Assembly (NCBI GenBank): GCA_038821645.1
Contig: JAWBDT010000020.1
Span: forward strand, 1-26,848
Direction of reading: 5' to 3'
DNA from: Ignisphaera sp.
GTDB lineage: Archaea; Thermoproteota; Thermoprotei_A; Sulfolobales; Ignisphaeraceae
Length of the DNA stretch: 26,848 bases
Both the position numbers and the translations under genes were made by a program. Below, in pieces: positions 20,094-26,848 of the stretch. A model generated the notes under the pieces. That model saw only the letters and a program-made list of their open reading frames with translations, was not told the DNA's origin and ran no database searches. Position 1 is the first letter of the stretch; each line of letters opens with the position of its first letter.

Positions 20094-21366
20094 CTATTTG
20101 GCGAGAACCTTTTCTATTATTTCATTAAGTTTACTAACACCATCTGTTAACATCTTCTCTACATCTTTATTATCAAAATCTATCACTTTAACTCTCTTAC
20201 TACGACTCCAAACATACCACATCGGTACAGCTTTTACATCCTTGAACTTGTAGTGAATCCTGACCACTATCTGTGATAAGGCTTCGTTTATTTTAATCCA
20301 CTAATTATCTGTCCTACTACTATAGCGTATCACCAACACGTTATGGTTTTTGAGCCACGTAAATAGATTGAAGAAGGCTACCCAATATTCGCTTAAATCC
20401 CATGCAACTGGATTCAATAATTCTAAACTATGAAGTACAACTATACCCAGATTTATACCTTTAGCAAATTCTGTTACAATAGCTATGAGTCTAGACACTA
20501 CACAAAGCTCTGGACTAATTGAGCTAAAGAAGAAAAATCTCTTTAGTATCCTTTCAGCACTTTCTCTCGGTAAGCCCAGTTCGCTTACCATTATTCCTGA
20601 AAACATATGTTTAAGCTCATTTACAGAATACGAATATGATATGAAAAGTGTTCTCAAATTGTTTTCAATAGATAGATCTATGAGAGGTACGAAAGATACT
20701 GGATCTTCTTTAGCATGAGATGGATAGCTTATAAATATTATGTCACCAGTATATAGAGGTCCTAAAAGCTCTTCAGTAATCTTTAGGGCTTTTAATTTAT
20801 TGCTCAAGATTATTTCAATTCTTTCAGGTATTGGTGGAAAGATAGGTCTTATACCTATACCTTCAGCAATTATGAATGGAACTTCAACAACATTTATTGG
20901 TGCACCACGTAGTTTCCTAATTTCAAATGTTCGTAAGAGAAGACCTCTTTCAACTCGATGTTTTAGATATATGACGGCATCTGCTACAAACTCTATAGAG
21001 CCTAGATCTAACATTTCTCTACCTATAGACATTTCTGCTAAAACTATAAGTAACCCGTTAACAAGATTAATCATCTGATAGAAAAATTCAAAAGGATAGC
21101 TCTTTGTTGCTCTTTTTCTCGACAAGCTTTAGCACAATGTTGATGGAATCTATAACTACAACAGCATATGCATCTCTAATTGAGGGCTCAGCTATAGCAT
21201 TGAGCAATTCCTCGGTCGAAGTTACAGGCAACTTGATATACGTCATTGTCCCTCTATCCTCAACTTCTCTAAGATTCATCCCCAGACGACGCATATTCAT
21301 AAACAGTTTTTCTTTATCTTCATAAAACGATATATAGAGACCTTTCTTGCCTTCTAAAGCATACAT
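20094..21366 (-). pseudogene. KaiC/RAD55 (RecA-like) ATPase pseudogene
   Basis: LYISFYEDKEKL, VVVIDSIN, IEFVADAVIYL and EIRKLRGAP are split across ORFs 21088-21366 and 20301-21125. No Walker A. Two apparent 1-bp deletions near 21113-21117 and 21082-21086. In-frame TAG at 20303-20301 is followed by 68 more sense codons to TAG at 20096-20094. Confidence 0.82.
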
Positions 21367-21586
21367 AATGAACTATTAGATGATACTTTAATGAAGTATT
21401 TGAAAAGTGATAATTAGGCTATTTCTAGTATCGTAGGGTAAAGCTAGATTACAATCAGTAGGCTGTTTCTATGTACCTCTATTTGATATACAGAACATAT
21501 AGGTGTATTTTATAGAGTTTCAGTAGAGGCTCTAAATATGTACTGATCATTGTTGTCTATTGGGGAAAATTATATGTTGTACTTAT

Positions 21587-22561
21587 TCAACATATGTTTA
21601 TGGATGCCCCTTTCGCTCTGTTTTTGACTACATAGTAGCTATATTCAATTCCATGTCTTTCTATTTTTTCTGAAACTTTTCGAAGCACTCTAAATGCATT
21701 ATCCTTACCACTAATAATGCCGTAGACAGTAGGTCCCCAGCTACTTTGTCCAGCTCCCTGTGCTCCGGAATTGAGCAAGGCATTCACTATTTCTTCAGCT
21801 TCTCTACAGCAATATATACCTCCTTGGTATTTAGAGAAATATTCTCCAACTATTCTTTGGAGCTTCGTTATAGCTTTACCGAATACCTCTATATCTCTTC
21901 TAACGATAGAGGGTATTATGTGGAGAAGAAGAAGTTTATAGAGTTCATACTGCAAATCTCTTGGTAGTGGCTGGGGATAATCCATAGCTGATCTCTCTCT
22001 AACTTCATCTAGACCCTTGATACCGTGAGGAATAATGACTATGAAGTACCAGTCTTCAGGTAGATAGCTTCTAAACAATATCTGTGGAATATCGTTAACT
22101 GATCTAGGTACCTCTACCCGTTGATTCACTCTTCTACCGCTATCAACCACGAAGCCTCCATACTCAAATGTAGCTACACCTATACCAGAGTCTCTACCTC
22201 TGCCAAGAGCAACAGCAAGTTCTCTAACACTATACTTCATATCCAGCAGTTTAGCGATACCGTAGCTTATTGATAGAGCAAGTTGTGTTGTACTTCCTAA
22301 TCCCACATGACGTGAATAAGCTTCTTCAATAACTATACCAATGCTACTCACATTTAAGCTGTTCTTAACTAGATCAACAACATCATCTACATAGAGACCA
22401 TGTACCTTATTGATGACACTAAACACTGTATCTCTGTATACCTTAACCCTTATCTTTGGATACTCAATTGCTACACCAAGGCCTCCATAAGCTATACCAT
22501 CTTCAAAAAAGTTGTAGAAACCTAGATGAAGCCTGGCTGAAGTCTCGATACATATAGCCAT
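21587..22561 (-). CDS. mptG: Beta-ribofuranosylaminobenzene 5'-phosphate (RFA-P) synthase, GHMP family
   Basis: SARLHLG, YGGLGVA, HVGLGSTTQLAL, GRGRDSGIGVATF..GGFVVDSG and GQSSWGPTVY. Start reset to ATG 22561, 4 nt after the mptA stop. Confidence 0.88.
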   Translation of the reverse strand: MAICIETSARLHLGFYNFFEDGIAYGGLGVAIEYPKIRVKVYRDTVFSVINKVHGLYVDDVVDLVKNSLNVSSIGIVIEEAYSRHVGLGSTTQLALSISYGIAKLLDMKYSVRELAVALGRGRDSGIGVATFEYGGFVVDSGRRVNQRVEVPRSVNDIPQILFRSYLPEDWYFIVIIPHGIKGLDEVRERSAMDYPQPLPRDLQYELYKLLLLHIIPSIVRRDIEVFGKAITKLQRIVGEYFSKYQGGIYCCREAEEIVNALLNSGAQGAGQSSWGPTVYGIISGKDNAFRVLRKVSEKIERHGIEYSYYVVKNRAKGASINIC

Positions 22562-22565
22562 GTAT

Positions 22566-23447
22566 TTACCCTGAGAAGTACTTGATGAGATCATTGATAG
22601 TGTATTTAGCTTCAGCAGATAAATTGAATGGATGAATACTTTCAAAACTATTAACACTAACATATACTAAGCTATCTGGATCTATCTTTTCGCTAAACTT
22701 TCTATAGACACCATAGAGTGCGCTACGTACAACATCTTCAGCAAACTTTGGGTTTTTGAACCCCTTTAAAATCATTTTACATTCTTTATCTCGCTTAAGA
22801 TAACTAAAAACAGGTATAGAGAAAGAATTCAGAGCTATATCAACAAGGTCTGCTACATCTATAAGACTTTCTGTCGATAGACATATCTTCAGTTTTGTTC
22901 TTTGTGTATGTGAGGGAGCAAATTCATCTGTATTTAGTATATAACTACATACCTGGAGAGCACATGGACAAACAGTCATACCTACAATTTCTATACAAAA
23001 CTTTCTACGAACATTATTACTCTCTCTACGGACCTTGGACTTTATAGATAGTTTAACAGGCACATATTCTTTAACATCTAGATCTAGATCTTTGTACTCA
23101 TACAGAAAAGTTGATGAAAGTCTCACTTCAGCACTATTAGCATAATCATGCTTCTTAAGCAATTCTCTACATAGATTCTCTATAGCTTCTTCAAGTGACT
23201 TAAAACTACTATGCTCAATAACGCTAAAAACATCTAGCATTGCCTCTATATTTCTAGAGACATGTATTCCTCTTTGAGATTTAGGGAGATCGATCAAAAT
23301 ATCTATGTATGCATCTAGACATGTGTTCCCTCTAGAGCTAACTATACATATCCTTCTATAAACCTCTCTAACACCTACTCGAGCTATAGGAATACTGTAT
23401 AATGGTTTAGATGCTTGTACATCTGGTTGAACTCTATTAAAATTCAC
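22566..23447 (-). CDS. mptA: GTP cyclohydrolase MptA (FolE2/GCYH-IV family)
   Basis: PDVQ, RVGV, DLPKSQRGIHVSR, GMTVCPCA, SHTQR, LKRDKE, NPKFAEDVVR and ESIHPFN. Confidence 0.93.
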   Translation of the reverse strand: MNFNRVQPDVQASKPLYSIPIARVGVREVYRRICIVSSRGNTCLDAYIDILIDLPKSQRGIHVSRNIEAMLDVFSVIEHSSFKSLEEAIENLCRELLKKHDYANSAEVRLSSTFLYEYKDLDLDVKEYVPVKLSIKSKVRRESNNVRRKFCIEIVGMTVCPCALQVCSYILNTDEFAPSHTQRTKLKICLSTESLIDVADLVDIALNSFSIPVFSYLKRDKECKMILKGFKNPKFAEDVVRSALYGVYRKFSEKIDPDSLVYVSVNSFESIHPFNLSAEAKYTINDLIKYFSG

Positions 23448-23750
23448 AACATCACCGCTCTACAATATTCAACTTAAGTTTTAAACTTTTAATGGGTATT
23501 CATAGCTAAACTCATCTAACAGAAATACCTATGTAAATAATATTCTGGGTTCAAATCCTTGGATACTGTGACTGTAGATAGCTTTAACAAATAGAATATA
23601 ACTATTTATTATAAATAGCTAATATTTAGAATAGATTTTGATGGTAAAGAATTAAAACGTTACTTATGTTCTATTAATCCGAAATCAACTATCATAAAAG
23701 TTATGGAAACCATTTCTAGTTACATCATCTACATAGAGATATGCATCAAT

Positions 23751-24497
23751 CTATGTAGACTGCTCCAGAAATAGAAGTCTTTCTAGAATAACCTCAAGTT
23801 CTTTTACATTCTTAGCTACATATGTATATGGAAAACTCTTTAGTTTCTCTATGTTCTGTATATCTACTTCTCTTGGCATAAGTTTTATCTTCTTCCAACA
23901 ACTTACAGCACCACGAGGACACATATGCATACATCTTTCGCATCCAATACATTTTGATAGATCTATTCTCACGATATCGTTTTCCACAACTATAACTGCA
24001 TTAGCAGGACATATTTTTGAAACTATACATTCTCTACATAATTTAAGTCTACATATAGATCTGTCTATATAGCATGGAGTTTCTGTCTCCATATATCCAT
24101 CCTCATCAGGAACATCTGTAGGTAGAACTACTACTGGAATACCACTCTTAATTGCTTGTGAATATAATGCAGAAGCTATATTGTCTGCTATACCTACAAC
24201 TATTTTAGCTATTGTATTGGCTGTTGCAGGCGCTATGACAACTAAGGAGTATTTCTTCATGTTGAGTCTACCTATATAGTACATTCCTTGATCCTCGACC
24301 AGAAACTCTCGATAATAGTCACCAGAAGCTATATTCTTCAAGATATCGAGAACACCAAATATTCTAGATACCTCTAATCCCCATTTGGTTAAAAATAACG
24401 TTATGTTGATGCTGTATCGTTCTTTAATAGATTTTAATGTAGATACCACTGTTCTTAGATTTGCACCACCACCAGTTATACTCCAGGCGATATTCAC
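23751..24497 (-). CDS. dmrX: Iron-sulfur flavoprotein, dihydromethanopterin reductase DmrX-like
   Basis: NIAWSITGGG, IAPATANTIAKIVVGIAD and PTD, then a ferredoxin insert (C-x4-CxxC-x5-CP and CIGCERCMHMCP) and REVDIQN. Start reset to GTG 24497 (GGTGG SD). Confidence 0.8.
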   Translation of the reverse strand: MNIAWSITGGGANLRTVVSTLKSIKERYSINITLFLTKWGLEVSRIFGVLDILKNIASGDYYREFLVEDQGMYYIGRLNMKKYSLVVIAPATANTIAKIVVGIADNIASALYSQAIKSGIPVVVLPTDVPDEDGYMETETPCYIDRSICRLKLCRECIVSKICPANAVIVVENDIVRIDLSKCIGCERCMHMCPRGAVSCWKKIKLMPREVDIQNIEKLKSFPYTYVAKNVKELEVILERLLFLEQST

Positions 24498-24587
24498 TAA
24501 TACCACCAAAATATAGATGCATATCAATGATGAGGTTCTCGTATTTATACAGAGTTTGATTAAGTGCTCTATATGTTGTATCTCAAC

Positions 24588-24992
24588 TTATTGTACTTCA
24601 CTCTCTCGAGATTTCTCGATAATGTCTTCTATATACGCTAAACTGTAGTCAAGTTCAGGCACATATTTGAGTTTTGCTTTCACGATAGTATCTCCATATT
24701 CAACTATAACTGTTATATCCATGTTTCTACTCTTTAGTGTATGGTAACTATATGGATTCTCCTGATCCTCTTCAACATCAATATTGAGCTTAACACGAGC
24801 TTCTTTCTTAAATGGTTGAGACATTATGGCATACTCAATAACTTTTTCAAGAAGTTTCACTTCTTCACGAAATCTTATTGGAATACCGGTAAACTGGTGT
24901 ATAGCCATACCGATTGCTATTCCAGCTTCGAATACAGCTCTATCTCTATTTGATACTTTTGGAGAAAAATACTTCTTAGCTGTATCTTCCAA
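24588..24992 (-). CDS. mptD: Archaeal dihydroneopterin aldolase MptD
   Basis: RDRAVFEAGIAIG...HQFTGIP, SQPF, YSY..L and YVPELDYSLAYI. Confidence 0.9.
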   Translation of the reverse strand: MEDTAKKYFSPKVSNRDRAVFEAGIAIGMAIHQFTGIPIRFREEVKLLEKVIEYAIMSQPFKKEARVKLNIDVEEDQENPYSYHTLKSRNMDITVIVEYGDTIVKAKLKYVPELDYSLAYIEDIIEKSRESEVQ

Positions 24993-24993
24993 A

Positions 24994-25758
24994 CTATATC
25001 ACCTCGATATTAGGTATACCTGTATCTGATAGAGCTTTTATCTCCATACCCCATAGAGTGAGCATCTTTATCAATCTCATAGCTATGCTCATCTTTAGTC
25101 TCTTAATACCTTCATTTTTCTTCTTGTACATAGTAGAGTACTTACCTATGTTGTTTAGAAAGTTCATACCACCGACAATAGCTTTTCTGATACCTAATGC
25201 ATACACTATGAATAGAGCTCTATCACCATCAGTAAAACCACCAAAGTTATATACATGAGGTCTAGGCTCTACTTGTGTAGATCCTATCAGATGTCCACTA
25301 AATTTAGGGACCCACTTCTTTATCTCGTCAATATTATCTCCATGTGCGTGAACTACAACTATAGCTCCCTTATCGTTTAGAGAAGCTATATGATTTGGAT
25401 CTCCATCGAGATCTGTAACAATAATTGTGGGTACAAATCCTTTTTCGTAAAAGAATGTTGTAGCTCCATTAACAGCTATTACTGGTAATTTGTTGAATAG
25501 ACTTAATTCGTTAGCTTTCTGGAAATCGTTTTCAATACTTGGTGCAGGTCCAAAGACTAGAACACAATCACTATTGATGCCTTTCTTAAGTTGTTTAATA
25601 TCTATTGTGTTAGACATTGTGCTAAGGATATTGCTTAATAAATCTGTAGCTAGTTGATCTAAATCAAAAGATAGAGCCAGTTCTCTCTTTATAGAACTAT
25701 ATATCTCAAGCCATACATTCTTATCTATAAGCCAGGACATTAATGTAAACCTTCTCAC
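24994..25758 (-). CDS. mptE: 6-hydroxymethyl-7,8-dihydropterin pyrophosphokinase MptE
   Basis: VFGPAPS, IAVNGA, VTDLDG, VVHAHGDN, GSTQ and NFGGFTDGDRA. Start may be ATG 25740. Confidence 0.92.
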   Translation of the reverse strand: MRRFTLMSWLIDKNVWLEIYSSIKRELALSFDLDQLATDLLSNILSTMSNTIDIKQLKKGINSDCVLVFGPAPSIENDFQKANELSLFNKLPVIAVNGATTFFYEKGFVPTIIVTDLDGDPNHIASLNDKGAIVVVHAHGDNIDEIKKWVPKFSGHLIGSTQVEPRPHVYNFGGFTDGDRALFIVYALGIRKAIVGGMNFLNNIGKYSTMYKKKNEGIKRLKMSIAMRLIKMLTLWGMEIKALSDTGIPNIEVI

Positions 25759-25840
25759 ACATCTATAACCTTCCTAAGTACATAAAGTCTATATAAACTA
25801 TATCCACTTATCGATAGAGAAATTCGTTAAAGTTTGGTGA

Positions 25841-26491
25841 ATGTATATGAAGTACATTACTACAGTACTCAAGAGAATTGGATTCTCATCATCTACATAT
25901 CTAGAGGCCATAACTATTCTCTACAAAGATAATGGAGATATAGCTAACATAGTTCCATTAGGATATAGACTTAGAGACAGCAACATAGTGACCAAGGTGT
26001 ATAGAGGTAGTAGAACATATCAAATATTGATTAGCAATAAATCTAAGAGAGGATGTATTTGTGTTACACAAGATGCTGAGCTATTCTATCTATCAATATT
26101 TGATAAAGAAAAAGCCATAGATCTATTTCTAAATAAACAGAAAAAGGTATGTGATGCAGTAATAGAATTCTCTATAGAGGGTATAGAAAATAGAAAAGAT
26201 AGTATAGTCATATATGTGAAACCTTTAACAGTAAAGATACTCAGGAAAACGCCAAGAGGATTTACAAGAGCTTCAGCATTAATTATAGAGGCATTAATAT
26301 GGCTCACTAAACTTCCATACACACCAGAAACAGAAAGAGAAAAATTAGTAAAGCGTATTGAGTTCTGTCTAGAGAGTATAAATAGATCAAGTAGAAACAA
26401 GAAGTACAGATTGATAGCTAGAGAGATATACACATTAGCACAAGAATACCTCATCAAAGAGACACACAAAACCTCTACTACACATCAGTAA
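25841..26491 (+). CDS. DUF447-family protein
   Basis: YLEAITI...NIVPLG, VYRGSRTY, VTQDAELF and GFTRASALIIEALIWLTKL. SD spacing favours ATG 25847. Confidence 0.75.
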   Translation: MYMKYITTVLKRIGFSSSTYLEAITILYKDNGDIANIVPLGYRLRDSNIVTKVYRGSRTYQILISNKSKRGCICVTQDAELFYLSIFDKEKAIDLFLNKQKKVCDAVIEFSIEGIENRKDSIVIYVKPLTVKILRKTPRGFTRASALIIEALIWLTKLPYTPETEREKLVKRIEFCLESINRSSRNKKYRLIAREIYTLAQEYLIKETHKTSTTHQ

Positions 26492-26651
26492 TAAGTATTA
26501 CAGAACAAACAAACTACATACAACAACTATCTTCAAATAAAACATAAACTTAATGTATACTCTACGCTAATTCTATTACCATAAACTGTTAAGATACAAA
26601 CAATAGCAATGTTTATTAGCTTCTATACCCTATCCCAATTTTGTGGATACA

Positions 26652-26848
26652 ATGTTCGAGATTTTAACTAAAGAAGAAAAGCTAAAGTTTCTAAAGGCAT
26701 TAGAAGAAGATACAGAATTTAGGTATGCTGTTGCTGGTGCTCTAGGGGTTTTGGAGATAATGAAGAGACTAGATGCTATAGAGTCTAGAATAGAAGAACA
26801 CAGCAAAAGAATAGAAGAACTAACCAAGAAAATAGGAGACGTTGTTCA
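26652..26848 (+). CDS. Crenarchaeal coiled-coil repeat protein, N-terminal part (family often carrying a C-terminal PD-(D/E)XK/DUF3782-type domain); runs off the window
   Basis: Manual translation MFEILTKEEKLKFLKALEEDTEFRYAVAGALGVLEIMKRLDAIESRIEEHSKRIEELTKKIGDVV; open to the edge. Confidence 0.8.
   Translation, partial: MFEILTKEEKLKFLKALEEDTEFRYAVAGALGVLEIMKRLDAIESRIEEHSKRIEELTKKIGDVV
26787..26820 (+). repeat. 21-bp-period direct repeat encoding a heptad
   Basis: AGAATAGAAGAAC at 26787-26799 and 26808-26820 (RIEEHSK/RIEELTK). Confidence 0.7.

Noticed and set aside
20301-20303. In-frame TAG as pyrrolysine or readthrough
   Set aside because: The gene has other lesions and no pyl machinery is visible; a nonsense mutation is simpler.
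22562-22663. Extended N-terminus of the RFA-P synthase ORF
   Set aside because: Overlaps mptA by about 100 bp; family similarity begins at ATG 22561.
24498-24527. Extended N-terminus of dmrX
   Set aside because: GGTGG SD and the family N-terminus support GTG 24497.
24527-24587. ATGATGA box C-like motif as a second sRNA (similar motifs near 2051, 16415 and 18950)
   Set aside because: No properly spaced terminal CTGA box D, and the guides are AT-rich.
1377-26827. Short ORFs nested in or antisense to called genes (e.g. 1377-1604, 4037-4231, 12054-12512, 15631-16131, 17462-17932, 20740-21078, 26086-26469, 26630-26827)
   Set aside because: They overlap well-supported genes on the opposite strand and show no recognisable motifs.
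1-26848. CRISPR array, rRNA, full tRNA, intact transposase or integrase
   Set aside because: No regularly spaced repeats, extended GC-rich structural RNA or intact mobile-element ORF was seen.

Overview
AT-rich archaeal chromosomal segment. GGTG Shine-Dalgarno motifs, frequent GTG/TTG starts, GAPN and a coiled-coil 'EFRYAVAG' family gene point to a hyperthermophilic crenarchaeon of the Desulfurococcales, Ignisphaera-like (inference). In order it contains the 5' part of hypF, a PfkB kinase, a decayed IS200/IS605 tnpB relic, an amidohydrolase, an atypical phosphoribosyltransferase, a candidate box C/D sRNA, a thiamine-binding protein, an orphan ABC-type ATPase, gapN, a DUF998-like protein, a sodium:solute symporter with an uncalled 43-aa partner, a B12-binding radical SAM gene plus PadR, an ArsB/NhaD transporter, an apiose-isomerase-like enzyme, a DMT transporter, rpiA and a KaiC/RAD55 pseudogene. 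It ends with a methanopterin-type biosynthesis cluster (RFA-P synthase, mptA, dmrX, mptD, mptE, divergent DUF447) and the start of a coiled-coil repeat gene. Most interesting: the pterin cluster, the G->A-dominated decay of the tnpB relic with a sharp skew flip at its end, the candidate sRNA, and the ApsI-like isomerase. All family calls come from motif recognition; no database searches were run.
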